Part shown: positions 10,161-22,960 of the stretch, one piece after another | Layout of the letters: the number at the start of each line of letters is the position of its first letter | Position numbering within the stretch: position 1 is the first letter of the stretch | The notes under the pieces: model-generated | What the model was told of the DNA's origin: nothing | Database searches by the model: none | The model's input: the letters and a program-made list of their open reading frames with translations, nothing else | Translations under genes and position numbers: made by a program | Assembly (NCBI GenBank): GCA_973895155.1 | Contig: OZ316897.1 | Coordinates: 5,717,327 to 5,781,326, forward strand | Direction of reading: 5' to 3' | Source: Marsupella aquatica | Taxonomy: Eukaryota; Plantae; Marchantiophyta | Length of the DNA stretch: 64,000 bases

Positions 10161-13100
10161 GTCCGTCCTCATCAAGCTGACTGAGCACGGACCCGATACA
10201 AAATCCTGTCACATCGACATACACATGGAACTCCTTATTCCAGTCCGGAGTGACCATGATAGGTGCGGTGGTGAGTCGTTTACGGAGTTCTTTGAAAGCA
10301 ATCCGTCTCTTGGGTGTCTCCTCGATCACCGCGTCCTTCTTTATCATCTCAGTTAAGGGCAATGCAATCCTAGCAAAACCTTTAATGAATCGACGATAGT
10401 ACCCTACACAGCCCAAGAAGGATCGTACCGCTTTTTGATCTATGGGAAACACCACCGCCATCCAAGCCCCGACCTTCTCTTGGTCCACCTCGATACCCCA
10501 TTTGGACACACACACTCCCTCCTCTATCCTGAAAAAACATTTGGTGGGATGTAGCTTGAGGTTAACCTCTCGGCATCGTTGTAGTGTACATCGTAGATGT
10601 TCGGGGTGCATAGCGATGGTTCCAAAGATGGCGAAGTCGTTGATAAATATTTCCAGAAATTCCCGTAGGAAATCATGGAAGATATTCATCATGAGTCGCT
10701 AAAACATGGCCAGGGCGTTACACAACCCGAACGGCATTCTCCGAAATGCAAATGTCCCCCATTCCGTAGTGAACGTTGTTTTGAGCTGATCCAAGAGGTG
10801 GATCCAGATTTGATTATAACCCAAATACCCGTCAAGGAATGTATAAATTTTGTTTCGGGCTACCATATCTAGAACCATATCCGTGAATGGTAACGAGTTA
10901 TGGTCTTTTCGAGTTGCGTCGTTCAGCTTACGATAGTCCTGACAGATCCAAATCTTAGGTTTTCTGTCCGTACCTCCCTTATTTGGTACAATGACAATGG
11001 GAGAAACCCAATCGCTGGCCATTACCGGGTAGATGATATCTGCGGTGAGGAGACGATCGATTTCCTCCTTCACTAAGATGGAGTACCTCGGGTTCATGCG
11101 ACATTGTTGTTGCCGTACTGCATGGGCCCCCAGGTTCAAATCGATCGTGTTTTCTCCCAACTCGGGGGAGACTCCCGTCAAATCGTGATGGCTCCATGCG
11201 AACACATCTTCATATTAGTGGTGGACCTAGCCACCCACACCCTCACCAATCCCAACACTTGCGCCTAAGTGCCCTTGGTGCCCAAACGCCTCCACGGAAT
11301 ACCTCGAGCAAGCATCCAGGTGCCTCTAGCACCGCTAGTGGCCACTCCCATACGAAGCTGCACTTGCTCACCTACACGACCACTACTCAACGGTCCTCAC
11401 TGTCTGCACAAACAACCAAGCACCTCGGTAAGTAACCCCTCAGGATCTAGAACTCGCCCAGTCTAGCATCCTAACTCAAGCTCAACAGACGTTGGTAAAT
11501 AGGTCAGCGATAGGTCCTCCCGATGCCATAAGCCGGAACCAGAACCCACGCTCACTGTCCGTCCAGGACAACTCCTTCCTTGGGCGCGGCCCGGGTTCCC
11601 CCTCGTACCTATCCATCACCAATTGACCGCCCTGACCTCAGGACATGCTCATGGCCCAAATAGTGTAGCTTGTCCTAAAGCTTGTCTCAACACGTCGGGA
11701 CCATAATGGCCCCGACCCTAACACCCACTCCCGGTTCGCCGCACTGATGGTCCAGGGACCAAGCGCCCTTGGGACTCAGCCTCCATACCTACTTGGCCTT
11801 GCCTCCCCAACGCAAGCTCCCTTGGGAGGCTGACCACGGCTTGGCTGCTGTTCAGCAGGTTTGGTAAACGGACGAGCTAACACCCGCAAACCACAAGAAC
11901 CCATGGCACCCCCAGACCCAGCTGATCTCAGGAGGGCGTAGCCCTCCTCAAGAGATTTCCAACACACCTAAGAAGTCCTCCAACGGACTTCCTGTTGGGA
12001 AGATATCGTCATTTCTGTTTGGGGGTTTTCCTTAGTGTCGCGACCGCCGCGGCTCACGACTTCGGCCCGCCCTTAGCCCCCAGGGAGGCACCACTCCCCT
12101 CATATATGCTTCTGGAGACCTGACACCCCCGGACCAACTTTGGTCCCGAAACATTTGGCCCCCAACCCGGATCCCATCGCGCATAATGGGCGTGCCACCA
12201 ACTAGCAACGCCCATAACTTTCTTGATAGGCATCCGCAAGCAGAGTGCCTTAGCCCGTTGTGTCCGGGCCGACCCCGTGCTCATGCCTAGGCCCTCAGGT
12301 CTGATCGCCGCTCGGGACCCCGGATCGGGCCACAACTTGTGCCCCAAGCGTCCGTTGCCAATGGCGTCAACTCCATTGGCCTTGGGCCCAAGAGCAGCTC
12401 ACTCCCAAGCCCTTAGAACTCAAAGCCCATCCGAGGGTCTGGACGGCCATCCTTGAGCCCGACCCATTTCTCCTTGACCCTACCAGCCATAGGCTAGTCC
12501 AAGTCCTTAGTGTGTGTACCCAGCTTGGCCCCTTGCCTCGCTAGTGCCACGTCTTATTGCCCACAAGTCTCCGCATGCTAAGTCCTCCCTGGATGGCCTA
12601 TCCGGGCCTGGACCATAAGGGAGCTCGGCGTTGGAGTCAGCGACGCCGGAGCTAAGTGTTAAGGTAGTCGAGTTCCGCGACTATATTCCTTGAGGAGTGC
12701 TTGGATAGATTTTTCTGCCTCCCCCGTCAGAGCATGGCCGAGGTTAAAAGACTTATCCATCCCAATGGTGTACTTCCGGTAGTGCTCCTTTCTTATGACT
12801 TCCACCTAGTTCCGCAAGTTTGGGTCCAGGCTCGCATCCAGCTCAACTAACCGAACTCCTCCGTACATGGGTGGAACCAGGATCGGTTTTGGATTTGGGG
12901 TTAACTCCTCCAATTGCGGGATGGATGGGTCCCAGGAGACTTGTTTCTTATGTCTCGGTCTCGGGTTTTCGGCCTCGGGCAGTTGTTTGGTCGGTTCGTG
13001 GTCACTAGGCTCTGCACTGGTAGAAGCAGCATTGGCTCCCTGCTTAGCTGGAGCCGTGTCCTCCGTATTGATGGGCCATTTTTGCGTTTCATCGGTCTGG

Positions 13101-15179
13101 GTGGTAGAGGTGCTCAGGGTGGACTTAATAGCAACCTTTGGGTAATTCAGGAGATGTGTTTCCCGGGTTGCCTCTACTCCGAAGACATCTTCCTCGGACA
13201 GGGACGAAATGAGTTCAATCATATTGAGCTCATCTTCCTCTGAGGTCTCCAAATCATATTCCTCGGGTCCCTGTGGGGTTTCACCCTGATAATCATCCAT
13301 TGCCCATGATACTTGTATTGTGGGTGTCCCAAACCGTAGCTCCTTCTTTCCCCAATCCGTGATTACTCGGCCACCATACAACCACGGCCTGCCCAGAAGG
13401 ACCGGATAAGAGGAGGGCCGAACCGGCCTCATGACTAGGAAGTTGAGATAGAACTCCACCCCTCCTACAATAGTGAGCACCCGAGTGAGCGTGCCCAATG
13501 GAAGGACCCTTGCCCCGTTTGCTAATCTGATAGCTCGGGCTGTGGGTTGATACCTGAGGTATCCTAACTTGACTGATGTTTCCTCAGTCATGATGTTGAC
13601 TCCCGCTCCTCCGTCTACAAGAACCATCTTGATGGTACAATTATTGATCTCAATCGAGATGTCCGGCGCTCCTAGGTCCTTGCATATCATGTTGCAGTCC
13701 GTGATCCCAACTTGGGGTAGTCGCCTCCGTCGCCAACCCATAAGCAACTTCCTCAGTTGCCTTCGGTAATGTGGATTGTTCTGCAGCAGTTACCCTACCA
13801 TTGCCGTAACCGGGCAACTCTTCACATCTTCCTTAATATCATAGTCCTCCTTCTTTTCTTCCTTTGGCTGCTGCTTGGTTTCCTCCTCCTACTTTTCTTG
13901 CTCCTGTCGCCGGGCGGCCTCGACTGCTTTGATGTCCTTATCGATTGCTTTCTGGTATTCCCGAGCTTCGTAGGCCTCCACCTGTTTCTTTACCAATTCT
14001 TTGATGCGGGGATAAAATAGCTTTGGGTCATCCCGACGGTAGTCATCGTCCTTTTCCGGGGGTATATCTATCACTGGCTGCACTGGAGTAGTATCTTGCT
14101 TTTTCCTGCATTTTTCTTCCTGTTTCTCTTCCTTCTGCTCGGCTCTTGTTGACACTCGGTAGCACTCAGCCTCGTCCGACAGATTAGGGTGCTCCGCCAC
14201 GTCCACCAGATTTACCCACTCGGTGTTGTCATCTTGCCATTCCACAACAATCATTTGGACGACTGCATCGCTCGTGGCCGGTCTGCCCTGGGCCGGTCTT
14301 GCTGCGTTTGTTCGAGCGGCTATTACCAATGGACAGTTGGCCATGGAATGAGCTTCCGTTTTGCAGACTTGACATAGTGGTGTGCCTCGGCCATCCCCCT
14401 GGCGTCTTGGTTTGGTGCATTCCCTCGCAAAGTGGCCTGGCTTCTCACAGTTGTAACAAACCGGGGATCGCCAAATCCCTGGCTTAGGAGGAATGCTTGG
14501 GTTACTGATAACTTGGAAACTTCTGCCATTGTTTGGGTAGGGGTATGTAGTTCTACCTGCTAAGTTACGTGGACCCACCGTTGAAATCTGATACACCGAA
14601 TCAGGGGGATCTTCAAAGAAATACTCCGTGGACTCCGATTCAGGTCCCGGGTTGTCAACATCATCTAATTCCACCTGGTGGACTCAGTTCTTCCATCTTG
14701 GGCATACCTGCACTACATGCCTGGATTGGAAACACTTTGAACACCACGCATGTGCTCGGGTCTTGGGTGGCTTCTTCTTCTCCATAGGCTTTTTTGCGAG
14801 ATGTACTGATAGTGCTTTGAGACAATCCATGATTTCGTTAAGCTTGTCTGCTTCGGTGGCCTTTGGATTGGGTATCGTTCTTCAAACACGGGGCTTGATT
14901 TTTCCCTCCTTCTTAACCCGCCTCTTCTTCTTTTTGCCCCAACTCTCGCTCTTTGAATCACTTTCTGATGAGCTAGAAGTGGAGGATCCGCTGGTCAAAG
15001 TCAAATCCAAACTAGATTCTATCTCCGAACTGGATGAGGTCAAACGATATTTCTTCTTCTTCTTGCGTTTCTTCTTCTTCTTGTCGTCCGATTCGGAGTC
15101 ACTGTCACTGAAGGTCTCGTACTTGCCCTTCCTGCGGCGTGCCCGCTGGCTTTGCCAGGAGTTATAGGTGGACTCCCGG
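10161..15179 (-). pseudogene. Element B internal region: gag C-terminus with zinc knuckles, protease, RT and start of RNase H (non-chromoviral, Tat-like Ty3/gypsy)
   Basis: CYNCEKPGHFAREC knuckle; VLVDGGAGVNIM protease; RT motifs DYRKLND, FLDGYLGYNQI, MPFGLCNA, FINDF; RNase H PDWNKEFHVYVD. Removing the 11217-12682 insert restores ALLKEYEDVFAW. Truncated near 10160. Confidence 0.9.
11217..12682 (-). mobile_element. 1466-bp AGT...ACT element (copy 2), inserted in the RT gene of element B
   Basis: TSD ATATT (11212-11216, 12683-12687). Reverse-complement homologue of 3931-5428. The empty site restores the RT frame. Confidence 0.92.
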
Positions 15180-17601
15180 TGTCCGGGGACCAGTTTAAAG
15201 CGGTATAAAAGTAGACCTTTTAATATTTTTAGGGACTTGGATTTATCATAGTATTTTCTTAAGTTAGTTTAATCTTTCTTAATTCTAATCAGTTTCCATT
15301 TTTAATATGAAATTACACTAAGCTATTTTAACTTAAAACACTAAGTTTCTACTGTCATCTAAATTCAATGAACCACTCACATTTCCATAACAATTAAACA
15401 CTTTTATCACAAGGGCATTTTACAATCACATAAAATAATTTTAAGTCATCCTTTTATTTCAATCATTTTCAAAATATGAAGTTTGGTTCAGGTTTACAAG
15501 GTGTTCTTTGGTGGCTCATCTCCTAACTCGGTTTCCTCACTAAACTCAGCTCATCAGGTCAGTTCGCGGCTTCAGGTTCATCAATGGTCTCTCCCAAACA
15601 TGTTGGACACAATTTCAACCTTCGTCGGGCTTCTTTCACGTCATCGCTTCTTTTATATTCCTCTTCTTGGCTCTTCTTCTTTCTATCCTCAAGCTTCCAA
15701 TCCCAAAGCAAAAATTGCGTCCGTTGTCTTCATACCCCATGCCTTCAAAATCCTTTCTACCAAGTCTATCTTCCTAGTTCCTCCAAGGAAAATCCACAAC
15801 GTACTGTTCCTAGTTTGAATATCGAACCTATTACTGGATTCCACTCAGTAAAAGAATGAAGCAATATCAACTGGTAGCTTCTTTCAAACCTCCAAAATCT
15901 CAAATGTAGAAATTCAGGTGTAATCCATACTTCTAACCTGAACCTCTTAATCAATATCATAAAGTCACTTCTCTTTAGGTCCGAGACAAAATTTTTAAAT
16001 CTTAATTCCTGCCCTCAATCATTTCACTTCCTTCTTTGTTTTGCTTAGAGACTCCTCTTCACCTTGTCGAACCAAGTAACTTCCTTGTCAATCCATTCGT
16101 ACTTTCATTCCTTTTTTTCTTTTTTTTGTAAGCCTTCCGGTCTTCTCATTTTAAGTACGACTTAAACCTTCTTTGTGTCTTCTCGATGGTCTTTGTTCAC
16201 TTGCTCTTTGGTCTTTCCTTTCTTTGTGTTCCTATCACTCATCTTCTAGTTCCAGTCCAAGTGCCATGCGTTTTCCGTAGAACTCCTACTTGTTTTCTTT
16301 CTCAAGGAAAAATCATCCAGTCAGTCAATCAAGCTTTAAATTGAAGACTTCTTTTGTTTTTCGGAGTTCCAATAAACCAGACAGTGATTCCAAGTCGGGT
16401 TTCAACGAACTGTGGCAACGCAGTGTCATTCACGAAGGTTTCCCCATCACAATCAATCTCGACTGAAGGCTGTCTGATGAGAGTTCAGCAAAACAATACA
16501 ATTAACACCGGAATTCAACCCTCCCGTTTGTCTTAAGCTGTCAGTAGCTTTTTCGTTCTTCAGTCCTGCACTCTTGAATGCTTATTGTTCACTTCAAAAC
16601 TTTGGCTTTCTTCTTGCTTGTTGCTCGTCTGACTTTTCACCAAGCACTACTAGAATCCAATCAGGCATAAGCAACTGTTCTTGCGCATTTCTTGTTCATT
16701 GCTCTCCAAGTTCTCTGGTTCTCTTGATATTGCTTCTCTTTTCTCGATCGTCCTCTCGTTCAAATTTGAATTCCCTCACGGTCATGCCAGTCGTTTCGTC
16801 TTGCTTGATACTTCCCTTCAGCGGTACGCCCTCCTATCACTCAAATCCCCTTCCTGTATTGCCTTCTTTCTAATCTTCTCACGTCTCCGCTGTTTTACAC
16901 CATTCGAGCTCGTGTCAACTCCTTCTTCAGTCTTAATCGTCCCTTCCTTCAGAAAGAAAAGTTTTCCTATACTGTTTCACTTCTTTGCCTTCAGAACGTG
17001 AGTTTTTCCCGTTCAGCAATTTCCCTGCCCTCTGATCCTCTCAGAAGAAATTTATTTACCGTCTCCCGGTTCTCATCCTGCTTCCATTTAATCACCCTTG
17101 CGTTCCTTTCCTTCGCTTAAACTTGCTCCCTCTAACTTCCTTTCAGCTCCTCGCCTTCCCATCGCCCATTTCCTCTTCCTTCTGCTTCAACAATTGATCA
17201 TTCGCCCTTCCTCTCATGATTTTTCACCCTAAAACTCCAGATTCTCATTCATTTTTGGAAATTTCCTTCTCCCGAATGCTTCATCATAATCTGTCAGCCC
17301 GAACCTTCTCGCCCATCGCTATTTTTCAGTGCATGCTATTTACTCCTCTAAAATTTCCTTAGCCCGATCGTATTCTGAAAAACAATCGAGCATTCCACCC
17401 TCTCTCCGCTTGCGCAAGCAGAATTTCTCCTCTATGTTTCACCTCATAGCAGTCGCAACCAGATGAATAACGACCACCATGCTGAACTGAGTCGAGTAAC
17501 CTTAAGCCGAGTAATGAACAACCTGAAATATTCTCTCCTTTCCAAAAAATGGCACTCCAAATGAATCTCTAAAACAAAAATAATTCCTAATATGTTAACA
17601 T
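15180..17601 (-). repeat. 3' LTR of the nested gypsy (at least 2.4 kb; internal boundary uncertain)
   Basis: Near-identical to 29650-31003 over shared segments; terminus ...TCCCCGGACA. Confidence 0.85.
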
Positions 17602-17740
17602 TGTTATAACTCCTTAGACTAGGTCTACCCAAAAGGGTTAGGACTAAGGCAGTTACACTATTAACCGCCTTAGTAACCACCCATGTATAAAAGAGGATAG
17701 GAAGGAGTAAAGAGTGTGATGATTGTTACGAAGTTGAACA

Positions 17741-17754
17741 CGTTATCAGCACGA
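17741..17754 (+). promoter_or_regulatory. Primer-binding site complementary to the anticodon arm of tRNA-Ile (half-tRNA priming)
   Basis: CGTTATCAGCACGA directly after the LTR CA; reverse complement UCGUGCU-GAU-AACG. Confidence 0.75.
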
Positions 17755-18071
17755 GTTTTAAGCACACAATTTTTTTTCCAAGATCGTGAGCCGGATATGG
17801 TAGCAATTACATTTCAAGGAGGATTGGGGTCATCAATCCCATGGAATAGGGACTCCTTGAAGGATCCTGCTCGAAGGATGATGAGGGATACTTGCAATTA
17901 ATCCTTTGAGGGACATTCAACATCAAAATAGCAGCAATAGAATCAGAAATCGAATCAGTCCAAATCACAGCAGGACTCAAAGAATTCCCATCCTCAATTC
18001 CCAATTACACATCAATTCCGGCTCACTATTCAACAATACCAGGCTGAGAAAATCTCACTACCACAGATACA

Positions 18072-21000
18072 ATGGCCGCAAATACAATTGAGAAATTATA
18101 CTTCCAGGCGCTATCTATAGATGGCGCCAATTTCCTATCCTGGACTCTAGACGTTGAGGCACATTTGGCATCTAAGAATTTAGAGGACACTGTCATAACT
18201 GACAATGGCCCCACCCTCCAGGAGAAGGCCAAGGCGTTGATCTTGATTCGGCACCATCTGGTCGATTCCCTAAAACGCCAGTACATGAATGCGTACAATC
18301 CCCGAATTCTTTGGGACGAATTACATTCTCGATTTGATCACACCCGGACCATTTTCCTGCCAGCAGCAAGGCACGATTGGATTAATCTTCGTGTGTAGGA
18401 CCATAAAACTATCGCTGAATACAACAGCAAACTTTTTCGCATCGTCTCCCAATTGGTGATTTGCGGCCACCCGGTCAATGACGAAGAACAAATCGAAAAG
18501 ACTTTATCGACCTTCCACTCAACAAATCTGGTATTATCTACTCAATACCAAAACATGCGATTTACAACCTACTCGGAATTGATCTCACACATGTTGTTGG
18601 CAGAGAAACATCAAATCTTACTATTGCAGAACACTAAGCAGCGACCCCCAGGCACTCTACCACCTCAACCTCAAGCCGAAACTCACTTCAATACATGGCG
18701 ACGCGGCAGTACATCATTCCGGGGAAGAGGGAGCAGCAGAGGAAGGAATACCTTTTGTGGCCGAGGATACTACTCCCAACGAGGGGGAAGGAGCATGTCC
18801 CGTGGAGGCAGGGGACGCGGCCGATCAAATCCGGGAAGAACTCACAACAACTGGACAAGGACCACCACAAATTCAGATAAGTCCGATAACCCACTCACTT
18901 GTCATCGATGTGGAATGAGAGGGCATATTAGGAAGGAATGTCGAGCACCGGCTCACCTCGTGGCCCTATACCAAAAGAACATCAATACTCCTGAGTATGA
19001 AACTTACGGCACATTCTTAGAGACCCCAGAAGTTTTACCTGAAATACATACTGTCCTTCCGTTGGACACATCTAAAGCACTAGAAGATCCCAACTGTTGT
19101 ATACTCGACAGTGGGACTTCCCATTCAATCCTGAGACTCAAAACCTACTTCAAATACATTAACCCATCCCAACGGAGAGTCACTGCGATTATGGGAAACC
19201 ATCAGCTGGAAGAAGGCAACGGGCCAGCCACACTAATACTGCCTAAGGGAACCGTGATCCATATCCAATCGGCCATCTACGCACCAAAAGCCACACGTAA
19301 CTTATTGAGTTTCAGAGACATCCGAGAAAATGGCCTCCACATCCATACTAGTACCCACAATTCCAGAGAAGTACTACAGCTCATAGCTAAGACGCAAAAC
19401 GGCATAGAAATTAAGGAAACGCTCACAGCTTTTCCAATGGGTTTTTATGCCATAAAAATACACACCTTCCACACGCATATTCCTGCACTGCCATCCGTGG
19501 ACATCTGGCACCGATGCCTGGGACACCCAGGCACACAGATGTTTCACAAGATCATCAAAGATACACACGGTATACCAAACACAGTACACCCAACCTCAAT
19601 GAAAACTCAATGTCTAGCCTACTCACAAGGAAAACTCACCATGAGACCATCCCCCTCAACCACAGACAAAAATATACCACGATTTTTAGAGCGAATCCAT
19701 GCTGATGTGTGTGGCCCAGTTGACCCCCCCAGTGGTCCATTCTGCTTCTTCTTAGTCACTATCGATGCCTCCTCCAAATGGTCCCAAGTTTCACTTCTCT
19801 CAACACGTAACCTAGTTTTCTCCAAACTACTGGCCCACATCCTGCGATTAAAAGCTCAGTTCCCGGACTACCCAATCAAGACATTAAGAGTCGATAATGC
19901 CGGGGAGTTTACATCCCAGACATTTGATGACTTCTGCACTGCATCCGGGATAGAAGTAGAATATCCCGTGGCCTATCTGCACTTCCAAAACGGGATAGCC
20001 GAATCCCTGATTAAAAGGCTCCAAACAATAGCGAGACCACTAATCATGCAGAGAAATCTACGCTATCATACACGCTGCCGCCTTACTAAGATACAGACCA
20101 TCAGCTTTCAATGCCAGCTCACCTCACCATCTGGCATTCGGCGTTGCACCTAACTTGGCTCACCTCCGCACCTTTGGGTGCCAAGTCCTGGTGCCCATCA
20201 TGGGACCCAAACGCACCAAGCTTGGACCCCAAAGGCAGAAGGGTATATACATAGGATTTGATTCCACATCAATAATACGATATCTAGAGCCAACTACAGC
20301 TGACGTATACAAGGCGAGATTCACGGACTGTCACTTCTATGAAGAGATATTCCTGAAATTAACCTCAGACCAGGAGAATAAAGCTGTACTAAAAAAGGAC
20401 CTCACATGGCAAATCAATTCACAATTCTGGAATGACCCGAGATCTGCCCAAACAGATACCGAGGTCCAACGCACCCTACACCTCACTAGAATCATGGATG
20501 AACTCCCAGATTCATTCGCAGACGTGGCAAAAGTAACCAGGTCACATGTACCAGCCGCAAACACACCATCCCAAATCGATATAACGACACAACCAGCAAC
20601 AACAACCGAACCAAAGAAGAAAAGGGGCCGACCACCTGGAGCCGGGGACAAACAGCCTCGGCAAAGAAGACCACAGAACCCACCTGCATCCGCACACCCA
20701 CAACCCACACCACCTATCACAATAGAAAATGAGGAGATTGCCATTAACTATAACTACACAGGCCAAATCAGAGACAGAGTCTCAACCCCTATCGATAATA
20801 TATTTGCCTATCAAATTTTGCAAGAAATAATGGGAGAGTTACCTGACCCGGCAACGATAACTGAGGCCCAAGCCCAAGCAGACTGGCATGAATGGCAGAA
20901 CGCCATAAACTCGGAACTGGATTCTTTAATCTCGCATCAGGTATTCGGACCCATCAAGCCTGCCCCACCTGAAACACATCTGACCGGCTACAAGTGGACC

Positions 21001-22413
21001 TTTATAAAGAAGAGAAATGCCCAAGGAGAGATCGTGAGATACAAAGCTAGACTGGTGGCCAAGGGATTTACCCAGATCCCTGGCAGAGATTATGACTTAA
21101 CCTACTCCCCAGTCATGGATGTGATTACATATAGAATTCTAATCGCATTCGCCAGTCACCACAACCTAACAATGCATCAACTGGACATTGTCACCGCTTA
21201 CCTCTACGGCCATTTGGACACTATAATATATATGGAGGCCCCACCCGAATTACTAACCCGAGTGGATCACCACCTTCAGGGGGAGCCGAAAGTACAAGAG
21301 CATACAGCCCACAGTGATGGCCCTTTTGGCCATACAAATAAGTCAGTACTACATACCACAGCTAAAGCGATTGGATGGAAAGCAACTGACCATAAAGCAC
21401 TTACCGCAAGAACTAAATTTGCTGTTCAAGTTTTGAGATCAATGTATGGCTTGAAGCAAAGCGGACATACCTGGTACCAACACTTTAAAAACGAAATGCT
21501 AGCAATGGGATTTAAAACATCTGAGCTCACACCCTGTCTGTTCATCAAACATGAAGGCATAGAGATAATCATTGTGGCGATTTATGTAGACGACCTCAAT
21601 CTTTTCGGAACACCAAAGATTCTGGAAGATACAATCCGAAAACTCAATAGGGTTTTTGAGATAAGAGATCTCGGTAGAACTGCTTTTTGCCTCGGCCTTC
21701 AGTTCGAGTACCTCAAGCAGGGCATACTCCTCCACCAATCAACTTACACTTGCCGCATGTTGAAGCAATTTCATATGCACACGGCAAAAGCTGTCAGGTC
21801 TCCAATGGACCTTCGGTCACTGGACAAAGACAAGGACATATTCCAAAAGAGAACAGACGCAGAGCCACTACTTGGCTCCGAAAAGCCATACTTGTCGGCG
21901 ATAGGGCACTGCTCTTCTTGGCTTCCCAAACCCGCCCCGACATCGCTTTCACAGTTAACTTGTTAGCACGCCACAGTTCATTACCTACTATTCGACACTA
22001 GAATGGGGTAAAGAGGATAATGCGTTACCTGAGCGGCACTATCGACCATGGACTTCTTTTTCAGAGCAACACAAACTTCATACTATCCGGATTTGCAGAT
22101 GCAGGATACTTATCAGACCCAGCGGATGCAAAGTCTCAGACTGGGTATATCTTCAAGATCGGACCTACAGCGATATCGTGGAGGAGCACGAAACAAACTC
22201 TAACCATGACCTCCTCCAATCACTCAGAAATAATCGCCCTTTATGAGGCGAGTCGGGAATGCATATGGCTACGTAACGTGATCAATTACATCCAAGAAAC
22301 CTCGGGTATGCCTAAACTGAGTTCACCAACTGTGATCTATGAAGATAACCGGCCCTGCATCGAACAGATTTCTGCTGGTTTCATAAAAGGTGATCGAACC
22401 AAACACATAGCCC
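18072..22413 (+). pseudogene. Copia gag-pol polyprotein with stops and frameshifts
   Basis: ORFs 18072..18398, 18453..20153, 20155..21966 and 22020..22448; motifs CHRCGMRGHIRKEC, ILDSGTSH, IHADVCGP, RVDNAGEF, YKARLVAKGF, IYVDDL, GFADAGY. Confidence 0.92.
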
Positions 22414-22698
22414 CGCTATTTTTCAGTGCATGCTATTTACTCCTCTAAAATTTCCTTAGCCCGATCGTATTCTGAAAAACAATCGAGCATTCCACCCTCT
22501 CTCCGCTTGCGCAAGCAGAATTTCTCCTCTACGTTTCACCTCATAGCAGTCGCAACCAGATGAATAACGACCACCATGCTGAACTGAGTCGAGTAACCTT
22601 AAGCCGAGTAATGAACAACCTGAAATATTCTCTCCTTTCCAAAAAATGGCACTCTAAATGAATCTCTAAAACAAAAATAATTCCTAACATGTTAACAT
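22414..22698. repeat. 285-bp direct duplicate of 17317-17601 (gypsy LTR segment)
   Basis: cgctatttttcagtgc...gttaacat occurs on both sides of the Bianca element with about 3 substitutions. Confidence 0.9.
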
Positions 22699-22960
22699 AA
22701 GCCTAAGTCTACATTCTTTCATCAATTCTAAAGGTGAAAACATTCTTTCACCAAAACTTAATTTTCTAGGAAACTCTAAAACCAGAACTTTTGAATCCAA
22801 ATAAGTTCTTTAACTCTCAACTAGTCTATTATATGAATAAATTTCTAATCTCATTTCTCTCATCTACTTCCCTCAATCTCAAATCCAGATTCTTTCAAAC
22901 AAGAAAAACAAGTCAAGTAAGACTAAAATTTCATTTCTCTTTGCCATGAATGCCACTCTC

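Larger units (their letters stand above)
17602..22413 (+). mobile_element. Ty1/copia retrotransposon, Bianca lineage, 3'-truncated in RNase H
   Basis: 139-bp LTR TGTTAT...TGAACA (17602-17740) with TATAAAA; PBS CGTTATCAGCACGA; Bianca-type gag (ALSIDGANFLSWTLDVEAHL...KALILIRHHL); domain order PR-IN-RT-RH; ends at FIKGDRTKHIAP. Confidence 0.92.

Noticed and set aside
11216-12683. TAGTG/CACTA-like strings at the ends of the 1.5-kb element suggesting a CACTA
   Set aside because: The orientation is wrong, and the outer T/A bases belong to the 5-bp TSD. In copy 3 the apparent TG...CA ends likewise come from the TSD CATTG.
14628-15167. Plus-strand 179-aa ORF and similar antisense ORFs (for example 32639..33196, 49771..50385, 61587..62120)
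   Set aside because: These are shadows of coding frames on the opposite strand.
15483-17001. Hydrophobic Phe/Leu/Ser ORFs in the nested gypsy LTR as an env-like or LTR gene
   Set aside because: They reflect CT-rich composition, are short, are antisense to the element and show no motifs.
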